A stretch of DNA of 32,484 nt from Octopus bimaculoides (GCF_001194135.2 NC_068987.1:74274926-74307409), one strand, 5' to 3'; shown: positions 10,223-21,513, counted from the stretch's first letter. Notes: a model not told the origin generated them from the sequence alone. Program-made: numbers and translations.

Positions 10223-10896
10223 GTCTTGTGATGTACGACAAGTTACGGTGATAAAAAAAAAAAAAAAAAAAAAANNNNNNNNNNNNNNNNNNNNNNNNNN
10301 NNNNNNNNNNNNNNNNNNNNNNNNNNNNNNNNNNNNNNNNNNNNNNNNNNNNNNNNNNNNNNNNNNNNNNNNNNNNNNNNNNNNNNNNNNNNNNNNNNNN
10401 NNNNNNNNNNNNNNNNNNNNNNNNNNNNCCCACAAACGATCTCAATACAGTTTTAGCAGAAAGATTTGGAAGAATTAGATGAAAGTTCTCCGGTAATTTT
10501 CTTTGATGTAAATTAATGTTTCTGTTAATTCTAAAATTTGCCAACAAAGTCTTATAGAAAGACAATGTTCTAAAAGATGCACACGTTTATATGTTATATA
10601 TGAAAATAAAAATTTATTTGCATTTATGTGCATTTTGTTGGTTCAGTTGCAGTACATTCATCCACAGTAGACATTTCTATGTAGCTTTGTTCAAAGTTTT
10701 ATCTATACGAGTAGCTGAAGCGAACTAGAGAAATCCAGTGTTTGATAGTCCTTCTTAAAGTATATTGTAGGTGAAAGATCATAGTCTTAATGCACATGAT
10801 AGTAAAGACTGCTTTGAAATACAATATGGTCATAGTTTTGGTGTATTTTAAACTTTTAGAATTTAAGGGAATAGATGATTTCATATGCTTAGTATC

Positions 10897-11610
10897 TTTT
10901 ATCTTCTAATTATTGTCTGTCATTAGACTGCGGCAATGCTGAGGCACCGCCCTGAAGAATTTATAATCAAATGTTTCGATCTAGTACTTTTTTTAAAGCC
11001 TGATGCTTATTCTATTGTTCGCTTTTGCTGAACTGCTAAGTTACGGAGACATAAACACACCAACACCGGTTGTCAAGCGGTGGTGTAGGTGAGGGACAAA
11101 CACACACACACACACACAATATATATATATATATATATANNNNNNNNNNNNNNNNNNNNNNNNNNNNNNNNNNNNNNNNNNNNNNNNNNNNNNNNNNNNN
11201 NNNNNNNNNNNNNNNNNNNNNNNNNNNNNNNNNNNNNNNNNNNNNNNNNNNNNNNNNNNNNNNNNNNNNNNNNNNNNNNNNNNNNNNNNNNNNNNNNNNN
11301 NNNNNNNNNNNNNNNNNNNNNNNNNNNNNNNNNNNNNNNNNNNNNNNNNNNNNNNNNNNNNNNNNNNNNNNNNNNNNNNNNNNNNNNNNNNNNNNNNNNN
11401 NNNNNNNNNNNNNNNNNNNNNNNNNNNNNNNNNNNNNNNNNNNNNNNNNNNNNNNNNNNNNNNNNNNNNNNNNNNNNNNNNNNNNNNNNNNNNNNNNNNN
11501 NNNNNNNNNNNNNNNNNNNNNNNNNNNNNNNNNNNNNNNNNNNNNNNNNNNNNNNNNNNNNNNNNNNNNNNNNNNNNNNNNNNNNNNNNNNNNNNNNNNN
11601 NNNNNNNNNN

Positions 11611-11643
<33 letters not shown>

Positions 11644-11807
11644 CAGGCTTCTTTCAGTTTCCGTCTACCAAATCCATTCACAAAGTTTTGGTCGGGCCAA
11701 GACTATAGTAGAAGATACTTGCCCAAGGTACCACGCAGTGGGACTGACCTCGGAACCATGTGGTTGCGAAGCAAGCTACTTACCACACAGCCAGGCCTGC
11801 GCTTATA
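10897..11807 (-). mobile_element. SINE type A spanning a gap in its central (TA)n
   Basis: Tail revcomp at 10897-11100, head revcomp at 11641-11807 (cttctttcagtttccgtctaccaaatcc...cttaccacacagcc). Confidence 0.88.
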
Positions 11808-12366
11808 CTTAGTATACTTAGTTTTTCTGCTTAGTAGTAGGGGAAAAAATACCTTATTTAGGCCAGAATTCATTCATATTCTTTATACTTTTTTATGTTT
11901 GCTGTATAAAATTCAATGAAGTAAATTGAGGATTTACCTATCGACTGAAGAACCGTGTAAATGCTTATCTTAAACAATTCTGTGTGTTCCTTATCATTCA
12001 ATGTGGTTAGCCAGATCTTGATTATATCAGAGTGCTAATAAGGTACCTGTCTGGATTCCAAATCCCCATTCTAACTGTATCTCTTTACGTTCTGTATTTA
12101 AATGACGCTCGGATTTACATTGCTTGTCATCAAGTTGGAGTCGATAAAATACAGTAATATCGTATTGTGTCGATTTAAGAGGACTTTTGGCCTTATGACG
12201 GTGTAAGAATTCAATGTTACACAAAAATAATAGGGAGAGGAAATGGAAGTGTGCTGCATTAATTAGAATGCAATATTTAGTAATGTTTATCAGTACATAA
12301 TAGAACCAATTTTGCGTTGAAAGCAACAAGCAGCGTAGAGCTGCAAAATTGTCAACTGTTTCGTTA

Positions 12367-12530
12367 CTGTATTTGATGGCATATAAGATGCACTTATGCC
12401 CCCCAAAACGTCTCAAAAATATCAAAAAAATGCGTAGTTGTGTTTCTCCATAAGCTTTAATGAACCCAAAACTTTTCCTCAGAATACATGTTACTGAAGT
12501 TTGACTGCATCTTATATTTTTGGGTGTCAT
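12367..12530 (+). mobile_element. pogo/Tigger-like DNA transposon end (remnant)
   Basis: TA|ctgtatttgatggcatataagatgcac resembles recalled pogo-type termini (TACCGTATTTT.CGG..TATAAGACGCAC), with an inverted tgcatcttata subrepeat near 12507. The other end was not identified. Confidence 0.4.
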
Positions 12531-13605
12531 TAATATCGACCACATATTCAATGAACGCGCTTTCTTTGTTTGCCGGCAGGGTACGATATAGCGCGGTATG
12601 AGGGAATCATCCCCATCACGCTACTCGCAGCTTACCGGCAAACAAGCAACGCTAGTAGACTGAGTATGTGTGGTCGACAATGTTTACAATGCTAGCGCTG
12701 TTTCTAATTAATATTTGAATTTATCCTTACGCATGCATTGTCAAGGCATACTAGGAGCTAGTTATACTATCTATATGTAGTCATCGACTGGCGATTCAGT
12801 TCGCCTTCAATTCGGTTCAGGAACGTGTTGATAATCCACAAAAATGGTGAAGCATCGATGTTCATCGATCCTGAATGGGATTTAAGGCGAGTTGTCTCGC
12901 TTCTTCATGACTTTTAGGTATTTTAACACCCGGAGCTTTCAGGGAGTCATCCCCACCGCGCAAAGACGCAGCCTACCGGCAAACAAGTAGGGCACATGTA
13001 TTGAGTGTGTGTGATCGATAATGTTTGCGACACTAGCGTTGCTCCTAATTCATATTTGAACAGTATATTGTGATAAAGAGTTCAATGACACGAAATTACA
13101 AAATGCAACTATTCACAAAATGCAACAATTCACATTTTCTTCCCCACACCCCACTTGAAAATAGCAACGCGTGATATGAATTGGTTAAGAAGTATCTTAC
13201 GTTCTCTACGTCACTTCCAGCGATGTTAGCAACTGTTGCTCTTAGATACGACGGCTGACAAACTGTTTATTTATTGAAATGTTATAACCATCGTCGATAT
13301 CAAGTCAGATGGCTTTAAACTGTATAGTAACAGCATACATAAAGCAAAGTGTTCTGAGTATTAGTTGTCTGAGCAAGTTTCCAAAGTCATTTCCTCTCCT
13401 TTGGTCTGATTACATCGCTACTTTTTTTTCTCTTTCTTTTCAATGTCTACTTTCTCACTCACTTCTCTCCCTCTCTCGCTGATTCTGTGTGTCTGTGTGT
13501 GCGCGCTCGCGCGTGTATTTTTACCCGTCATATATCCTGATCATTCGTATTTTTTTAAGTCTCCTCTCTCGTTTTCTCTCTATCTAGCTGTCCCTCTCGC
13601 TATCT

Positions 13606-13636
<31 letters not shown>

Positions 13637-13766
13637 ACAATGTACACATACACATTCACTCTTCCCCCTGCTCTCTCGCTCTCTCTGATTCTTTACTGTT
13701 ATATATATCCTATTTCTTTTTTGTTTTATATAAAACCCCTAGCCATTGCGAAATCTGTCTCTCCTT

Positions 13767-13807
<41 letters not shown>

Positions 13808-14489
13808 GTTCGCTCTTTCTCATTCTCTTTCTCTCTCGCACACGCGCACACTCACTCACACATATACACACACACGCACACATACTTACACACACTCTCC
13901 ATATGTCTAACATTTACTCTGTTACTCATCGTCTGTTTCTACTATCCCTTCATCGTTTGTTCATTGAAAAAAAAAAAAAAAAGCTTTCTCTTTCTCCCCC
14001 ACTCTTAGCCTTCTCTCCCTACTTTTGTCAGTCCATCAACATCGGATCTCCTCTGAGTTTTCTCTACCCTGAACATGTACGCGCACACACACACACACAC
14101 ACACACACTTTTCTACCTCATTTGTAAGCACTGTACTTTTACCTTATCCCACTTTCTTCTTAATGTTGTTTCTCCTACTGTATTTTCTTTGCCCTCCTCG
14201 ACACTCTGTCTCACTTTATCAGCTGGTCTCTTATTCTGAATCCTTTTTAGCGGGTTTCGTCATTAAAAATCGTCGTTGGTAGTTCACTATCTTAGGTAGG
14301 CTGCGTGTGAAGGTAAGAATGACCATACTTATATCGATGTTTCCATATTTTTTTTACCTGACACATTTGTGGTTGAAGAAAGACCGGAAGGGGGAGAGAT
14401 TACGTCATGTCGGCGAGTGAAAAGAAACGTTTCCCTAGGAGTGACGGATTACTGGCACAGAGAGGGTCTTCCATCGTCACAGTTGAAGA

Positions 14490-15140
14490 CGACGACTTCC
14501 GTGCTGAGTTTGACGGCGAAAGATGGACGGTAGAGCACTTCTTGAAAGGAGAACCTCCCGTACTGAGAAATAAGGTGAGCTGCAACGAGCACAGCCTGAA
14601 AGGAGAAGCCAAGTTTGAGTTCGAGACAGAGGTGAACAGGTGGATAGAGGAGGGCATCTTGATGCCAGGGAGTGAGGAGACGATGGGTGGTGTGCTGCCG
14701 TTGATGGCTGTGTTTCAGCCGACAAAGAATAAGGTTCTACCGGTGCTAGACTTCAGGGAACGGAACGAATATGTGTTCTATTATATGGGTGGTGAGGCAC
14801 CAGACGTGTGTGGAGAAACCCTTCGTGAGTGGAGACGAATGGAGGAGGGCGACTACGATCATCGACCTCAAATCAGCCTATCTGCAGCTCCATGTATCAG
14901 AGAAGTTGTGGAAGTACCAACTAGTGAACTACAGGGGCAGAACGTACTATTGTCTCGACTGGGTTTCAGCCTGAGTTCATATATCGACAATATCTCGGTA
15001 GATGAGAATGTGGCATCGGCAGAGGAAATCGCGGACTATCTTAGGAGGTTCGGGCTGACAACAAAACCATCAGAGGCTATAGAAGGAGGTACGGCGCTGA
15101 GGCTCAGGTTCGAAAGAGACAAAGTGGGTAGGTTTGTGTT
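14490..15140 (+). pseudogene. Retroviral-type RT fragment (catalytic YIDD degraded to YIDN, frameshifted)
   Basis: ORF track entries 14407-15153 and 14771-14974 together give the LTR-type RT motifs. Confidence 0.8.
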
Positions 15141-15458
15141 TCACAGCAGCTAGAGGTGGAAGGAATTACATCTGTGCAGGCTGGAGACGAAGTGTGGGCG
15201 AAGCCCCCGAGCGCTCGATGCACAATGCAGTGAGAAAAAGGAAGGGTGACAGCGATCAGTAATCCGAATAATGTATCAGTGGATGGAATGTCGAGTCACG
15301 TCCTGGATATTCGAAGGATATTCCAGGACGTGACGAAGAGGAGAAGGAAGGCAGTCCCGTAGCCCTACGGAGATCTCAAAGGAAAAGTCTCCCCACCCCA
15401 GGTGGATGGACGATTCCGAGACAGAACAGGAGAGCAGTGATCTTTAGATCAGGGGGCG

Positions 15459-15672
15459 TGTGGTGGAAAGAAGACCGGAAGGGGGAGAGATGACGTCACG
15501 TCAGCGAGTGAGAAGAAGTTTCCCTCTCTTTTTCATGCTGTCTGCGATGCGGAGACGTGAAGAGAGGTCGTGACAACACGTGTTAGCAATTGAACAATCT
15601 GTCGGCGGTACCCGATTGTAAGTCGAGGTAAGAACGACTTTATTTACGTGCCTTCAAACCGCATGTATAACA
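15459..15672 (+). repeat. 3' LTR
   Basis: Starts with TG, repeats 14368-14436, contains CCGGAAG and TGACGTCA (15491-15498). Confidence 0.75.
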
Positions 15673-15694
15673 AATATTTGAATACGTGAGTATA

Positions 15695-15868
15695 CGAGGG
15701 GGTGCTGAAAGGTTCCTGGCTTTGGGNNNNNNNNNNNNNNNNNNNNNNNNNNNNNNNNNNNNNNNNNNNNNNNNNNNNNNNNNNNNNNNNNNNNNNNNNN
15801 NNNNNNNNNNNNNNNNNNNNNNNNNNNNNNNNNNNNNNNNNNNNNNNACACTTTTCAGCACCCTATCG
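15695..15868. mobile_element. Mariner-type non-autonomous element spanning a gap
   Basis: TIRs TA|cgagggggtgctgaaagg and revcomp cgatagggtgctgaaaag; right flank is TG (decayed TA). Confidence 0.75.
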
Positions 15869-16279
15869 TGCGTGGGATGGTGAATGTGATACTTTAAATA
15901 CTTCAATTGCATAAAATAATTCACTTATTTATATAAAAATTGTTCTGGTTTATTAAAAAGAAATAATAAGTTGAAAGGGTGAGAGCACCTTATCACAAAA
16001 CTGTGGATGACATCGCGTCTAAGTGAATTCAACGTGATTTTAGGCCGGGGAGACTCAGAACAAATTGCTCGCGAATGACCTCGCAGCAAGGACAACTGTT
16101 TCACATTTCAGTTTAGTACAAACCTCGAGTTTAACAAGTGCGGATTCCGAAGAGATGTGGTTAAAGACTGATGACAAATACACTTTCAACGAAGGATATC
16201 TCAAAGTACACTTAACTGATATGGGGCAGAGACAGTTGCATAACTATGAGTGAAGGTGAGGGCGGAAGGAGGCGGTCTG

Positions 16280-16373
16280 TCACCCGAGTGGCACTTTTGT
16301 GGAGGCGTCACTTCTGGGTTTGGAGGCGTTTCCATCACCCGAGTGACATTTTTATGGAGGCGGCACTTTTGGG
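16280..16373 (+). repeat. 39-bp diverged direct repeat in a GC-rich patch (possible MITE interior)
   Basis: tcacccgagtggcacttttgtggaggcgtcacttctggg vs tcacccgagtgacatttttatggaggcggcacttttggg. Confidence 0.7.
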
Positions 16374-19300
16374 CCTGCTGTATAGACTGTGGGGCCCAGG
16401 GATGGCAAACTCTGGGCTACCTCGTGTGGCCACATTCTAGCGTGTTGCTAGACCGCTAGGCTGGAAGAGATCGAATAGGTAAACGCCAGAGAACAAGAAG
16501 CGTATGTAGAGCGGTGGGGTACTCTAGGAAGAAAAGGTCATCATGAACTGTGTAAGAATTCCAAAATCTCGAAGTCAACATTCTCGGCCATCAGAAAGAT
16601 GTCATTTTTTGAAAATGTTGGGAGTGAAGACTATAAATTCCGAGACTAGACCCCCGTAAATAATGTAATAGTCTTTTTGACATATTCTGGGATAAAAAAA
16701 AAGTACTGGTTTTAAGTAACCCGTTGGTTTGGGTCCGTGCAAATAATCATCTAGAGGTGTGGAAGAACGTTTCTTCTCAGTTGTTCGATGGACTTAGCAT
16801 CGAAAAACAGAGAGAAAAAAGACGGACTTCCCCCTTCGATGTCACAATTGCTGAATTTGGTGTTAACCGCCACCTTCTTTCCATTTCGTGTCTCAACAGC
16901 CACCATCCATCCATCCAAATGGAAGCATTTGGATTTGGTAGCCGACACTGACCGTCCCACTTTTTTTGAAAATTCAGTCGATTATCTTCTTTCGTTTCCT
17001 GGCAATGTTAATAAAGTGCCTGCATGCATACTTTGTATTCGTACATGTTTTTACTTGAAAAAGATCAAATATCACTTTCGTCACAAATATTATCTGAAGC
17101 CGACAACAGTTCACCAAACTGCTCATGAAACCAACGTCATTTCACCTCTGACATTTATCGTGAGGGGCATTCTTACTTCGGCGACGAATTTCCTTTTGAA
17201 GTTTCCGCCGTCGCCTTCTTGAGATTTGGATGCCGATTGACGTTTGTAGCCATAGCTTTTGAATTTGCCTTCGACTTGAAACAAGAAATACTTTGTGAGG
17301 TTTAAACTATTCATTTTGTCGTTTTAGAGAAGTAAACGAATAAGTTTCTTTAGTGATTATACGAAGAGTTGACAAGTAGAACAAGAAGAAAATCTGTTAT
17401 CTCTCTCTATATAAAAGTTTGCAGAGACCCTCGCTTCGGGAATACAGTTGATAAGCTTTGACTGGGGTAGACCCCTGAAGGAAGCTAGTCACCGGAGTAA
17501 GGATGTACCTTACTATAAATGTCAGAGGTGAAATTATGTTGGCTTCAAGAGTAGATAGGTAAACTCGGCTTCAGATAACACTTGTAATGTAAGTGTTATT
17601 TGATCTGTTACAAGTAAAGACATGTATAGCATAAATGACTCATACAGTCAGTGGATTGATATTACCAGAAAGAAGATAACCAAATTTTAAATATCGGACG
17701 AACAGTGTCGGCTACCGAATTCAAATGGGGAAAGGTAGCGGCTGGGACAGGCTAGCAGATGAGGGAGTGATGGAGTGAACGGCTAACAACATTGAACTAA
17801 AATGTTGGCTGTTAAAATGGAGTCGCAGTAGACCTATGATGAAAGATATTAAATAATGAGGTAGTTTAACACGCTTTAGCTTCTAAGCTGCTATAAACCT
17901 TGTTTTATACTTTTACAGAATTCCAATGGCAGATTCAATTAGCAATGAATAAGCTATTTAATTGTTTGCCAGTTTATAATTTCTTTTATTTATTATCTGA
18001 TTGTTTTTGTATAGACACCACATAATACGCCTATTCAAGTGTAAGTTATCCTTCTTAGTTTAGTTATTCTCTCTATTCGACTTTTCCTTAGTCGAAGATA
18101 CAATTGTACATTTCTTAGCTCCCACTTCTACATAATTTTAACTCCAAGTTGAGACGTTCAAATAATCCCGATTATTCCTTATACATGCCATCAGGTCATG
18201 GGAAGCAGAAGGTGAAATCATTTGTCGCGCAAAAACTTAACCTGCAAGAAGTAACAATCAAACCTCTAAAACGACACCCTACGTCTTAAAAAAACGAAAG
18301 GGGTTCTAGTTATTTTTCATTCGCAAAATATGCATTTTTTAAAAGGAAGTAAAAAATCTGAAAATCGGCTATAATAATGTAGCCTTCCAGTCTTATTGCT
18401 TTGAAGGAGAAAAAACTTGGAGAAAAAAGTTACCGAGGTTTAAAATCGGAAAAAAACTGGGTAATTTTTTAGCTAATAGCGAGACAGAAATTTTCTGCGT
18501 TTAGCGGAGCGGTGTCAACTTTAAGGTTGTACCCTGTAAAATTTATAGTTTAGCGTCTGACCTGTTCATTGTAGGTTTCTAAATAAACAGAAATACCTAA
18601 TAAAAATCAACACGTATCATCTTACTGTTTCTTTTGTCTCATCATTGATTGTATTTTTTTATCATTCAAAAAAAATTGTTATATTAATATTTTTGACCGC
18701 ATGTGTTTACTTTATGCGTACTTCAGTATTATGTATACCTGTCATGTATTTGTGTACATCATTAATATATAAGTGCAAGCGCGCTCATGTTGAGTAACGT
18801 TTTCATGCTTGGATTTGTAAACTACGCTAAGAATAACACCGGTCAACAAAGAATTTGTCCCAAGGAAAAGAATACCTGTATCTTATATGTTTTTGCATGC
18901 AGAATTCAAAAATAATGTAAAACTATCTGTATCACCCACAGTTTCTCTGTTCCACGATATCCCTCTCAGTTCCTGTTATGTGAGCTAAATTTCAGTTAAG
19001 CTGTTGAAATGTGAAGCTAACGGTTTAAGAAATACTCCTAATTAAATTTTTTATGAATAGAATTAACCTAGTGAAATCATAAATCCAGCTATCTGAGTCA
19101 ATGAGCCCCCAAAATATATGAAATGAAAAATATGTAAAAATAATAACACACAGAAGCACAGAAAAATATGTAATATACTAACAGAAAAATTAAAACAAAA
19201 CACGTGGGTGAAAAGAATATCGTGGTGTGAAGAATCAAGTGTGGAAAAATCAACATAGACAGCAGCGGCACAGACAATAGTGATCCACAACACAGCGTGC

Positions 19301-19569
19301 GGTTGTCATGGCAACAAGCTGCTAATGCCACGTTGTCTGTTGATTAGCTAAAATTACCTAAATTTCCCAACTTTAATTCAAAATAACATCAGATTCTTTA
19401 ATTTACGAGTTAAATAATTGGTTGATCATAATCAAAATTCGGAGTTGCAGCGATACACCAAAATTGAAAGCAGTCTGAGCAAAATTAAGGGGGCTAATTT
19501 TGCGAATGAGAAAGACTAGATCCACGAAAGGTTCATTGAATAATTTGATGCATTATATGAAATACGTCT

Positions 19570-19849
19570 TAGATGTATTATGTAAAAAATATACACTACA
19601 GCAATAATAAATTTTCTTATACTAATATTAAGCTAGACGTACCAACAATTTCAATTTTAAATATCGTGAACGAACATAAATCAACCAATCTTCCTTACTC
19701 TCATGACATATAGACAATGACTTACACAGTCATTCTTAATGCGTTTCTTTTTTTCTCAGCAGATTCAGACGTAAATATATTGAACGCTGTTGTATTCCGT
19801 CACTGGAGAACATCTTTCAGGCAAATGTGCGTTCATAGCACACTCGATT
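19570..19849 (+). repeat. 280-bp segment duplicated at 23377-23656
   Basis: Base-by-base manual comparison found no differences, including the T7 run. Confidence 0.92.
19760..19820 (+). CDS. Candidate short exon of an unidentified host gene (duplicated at 23567-23627)
   Basis: Strong acceptor gcgtttctttttttctcag (NAGNAG). Donor either GC-type CAG|gcaaat or AAT|gtgcgt at 19826. Two open frames: RFRRKYIERCCIPSLENIFQ or DSDVNILNAVVFRHWRTSF. Protein not recognised. Confidence 0.3.
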
Positions 19850-20557
19850 CATTAGCTTGAGTCCTTTTTACGTATAAAGAATGAATATCGAAATCATGGT
19901 TTGGTTTTCTCCGTTCACTGTGTTCATGACAATTTACTGTGAAATACAGAGCTAACTTATAGTTTTACCTTAAGTATTTTCATAGACAAAATTGAGGATA
20001 ATTTATAGGGAAGCAGACAAAATGCTTTGTAATAGTATATTATTACATTCCTTTGTTTTGAATTTAAATTTCCGGTGGCAACTGCAAACCATATGCTCTA
20101 TACAGCTAGCAACATCAAATAAGCAGTTATAGGGCTGATAGTCCAGATTTTTATTACCTTGCCTTATCAACGCTTGTCATGCTATTATTGTCCTGGTTAT
20201 ATGACTACCAGAGAAGCTCAACCAACCTGTTGTCATCGGCGCCATGATAAATAAAGAGAGCTTCCTACTTAAACGTCGTATTGTTTCATAGATTTATTAG
20301 TACAGGTATATATAACGTGACATACTGCAGTCATTGCAGTTTTATGACAGAGACAAATAAAAAGAGAACAAGAAAGATATTAATAATTCAAACTACACAC
20401 TACGTTGGTGTTTTCTATTTAGCTTACTGATTGCTTACTAGGAATTGCTATTTTGCCTGTTAGAGATAATGTAGCGACTCTCATGCAGCAATTACCTTTT
20501 AGTCTTTCACCGTTTTGCATCGGTTTTATTTGGACAAACCATGGGACTATGCATAAA

Positions 20558-20687
20558 TTTTCAGTTTCCATCTTCCAAATCCACTCGCAAGGCTTTGGTC
20601 TGCCCGAGGCTATAGTAGAAGACACTTGCCCAAGGTGTCACGCAGTGGGACTGAACCCGGAACCATGTGGTTGGGAAAGAAGCTTCT
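20558..20687 (-). mobile_element. SINE type A head fragment
   Basis: cagtttccatcttccaaatccactcgcaaggctttgg...gggactgaacccggaaccatgtgg is the revcomp of the SINE head. Confidence 0.85.
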
Positions 20688-20689
20688 TA

Positions 20690-21423
20690 GGATTTTTTTA
20701 AAACGGGGGCCACATTTTTCATTAACGAAACACTTTGAAACTTGGAACACTGGTAGAATGTGTCATATAAAACATCTTTTTCTCTTAGTCTTCTTAAAAA
20801 AAAAGAAATCCATAAATTATTCCATGTTAAAGTTGTCGTATTTCTGTAATTTCAACCAATCACTGACGTCCATTCAGCCGATATACATTAAGTGCCGACT
20901 ACATAAACAAACGATTCTGAAACAATNNNNNNNNNNNNNNNNNNNNNNNNNNNNNNNNNNNNNNNNNNNNNNNNNNNNNNNNNNNNNNNNNNNNNNNNNN
21001 NNNNNNNNNNNNNNNNNNNNNNNNNNNNNNNNNNNNNNNNNNNNNNNNNNNNNNNNNNNNNNNNNNNNNNNNNNNNNNNNNNNNNNNNNNNNNNNNNNNN
21101 NNNNNNNNNNNNNNNNNNNNNNNNNNNNNNNNAAGCAAATTTAAAATGAAAAAAGCAAATAAAACGAAGGTATGGAGATTAAATACGCTTTACATCGCTT
21201 AATCAGCCAAAGGAGTAAATATAAACAACTGAATACTTGTCAGTGATTGGTTGAAATTATCGAAATAAGATAATTTTTTACATGAAATAAATTCGAATAC
21301 AAAAATATTTTTCTGTTCTATAACACAAAATAGATAAGTATACGAAGTTTGAAAGTCTTTCCGTACCAAAAACACTACGTAAAACATTAATGAAAAATGT
21401 GGCCCCCGTTTTAAAATAGATCC
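20690..21423. mobile_element. MITE/foldback element with long imperfect TIRs and TA TSD (spans a gap)
   Basis: Left TA|ggattttttaaaacggggccacatttttcattaa and right ttaatgaaaaatgtggcccccgttttaaaatagatcc|TA. Internal inverted match tttcaaccaatcactgac / gtcagtgattggttgaaa. Confidence 0.85.
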
Positions 21424-21426
21424 TAA

Positions 21427-21513
21427 TAGACACTTGTCCAAGCCAAAGTGCCACACAGTGGGACTGAGCCAGGAAGTGGTTGGTAATCAAACTTTTTTCC
21501 ACACAGCTACGCT
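21427..21513 (-). mobile_element. SINE type A head fragment
   Basis: gacacttgtccaag...cagtgggactgagccagg...ccacacagctacgc. Confidence 0.75.

Larger units (their letters stand above)
8190..10274 (+). mobile_element. Decayed CRE-clade (RLE-type) non-LTR retrotransposon with internal deletions and poly(A) tail
   Basis: Broken frames contain GSSTGFDGLRPQHLKD, PIAVGCTLRRL, LGVGSKLGCEAAVH, LDLKNAFN, GVQQGDP (9436-9456), WYLDD (9516-9530), zinc knuckle CGCG..HGLSC..H, and RLE motifs KRPDG (9842-9856), WD, KKTLKY, QRLSLAIARG. Stop at 10220-10222, poly(A) at 10253-10274. The 5' boundary is approximate. Confidence 0.88.
14368..15672 (+). mobile_element. Heavily deleted Ty3/Gypsy-like LTR retrotransposon (partial 5' LTR, RT fragment, integrase C-terminus, PPT, 3' LTR)
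   Basis: 14368-14436 matches the 3' LTR starting TGTGG at 15459, which is preceded by a purine tract agggggcg. Internal peptides: VNRWIEEGIL, LMAVFQPTKNKVLPVLDF, IIDLKSAYLQL, LGF, YIDN, and GDEVWAKPPSARCT..VSVDG..HVLDIR. The LTR end is uncertain (ACA at 15578 or 15672). Confidence 0.85.

Noticed and set aside
11070-11708. Long ORFs containing X runs (also 2529-3010, 10118-10565, 20626-21144, 21793-22281, 24955-25789)
   Set aside because: They are open only because they cross N gaps; only the 24936-25077 part is real RLE coding sequence
14251-14312. AG...GTAAG bounded exon-like segment
   Set aside because: Stops in all three frames; better explained as an LTR-like remnant
14363-15583. Target-site duplication for the LTR element
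   Set aside because: Flanks (catt vs cgtg or aata) do not match at either candidate LTR end
16115-16256. Plus-strand acceptor/donor pair around the 16065-16253 ORF
   Set aside because: Every frame hits a stop before the AAG|gtgagg donor, and there is no homology
19302-19315. RFX X-box-like GTTGTCATGGCAAC
   Set aside because: Lies within probable transposon remnant sequence; an isolated motif has little evidential value
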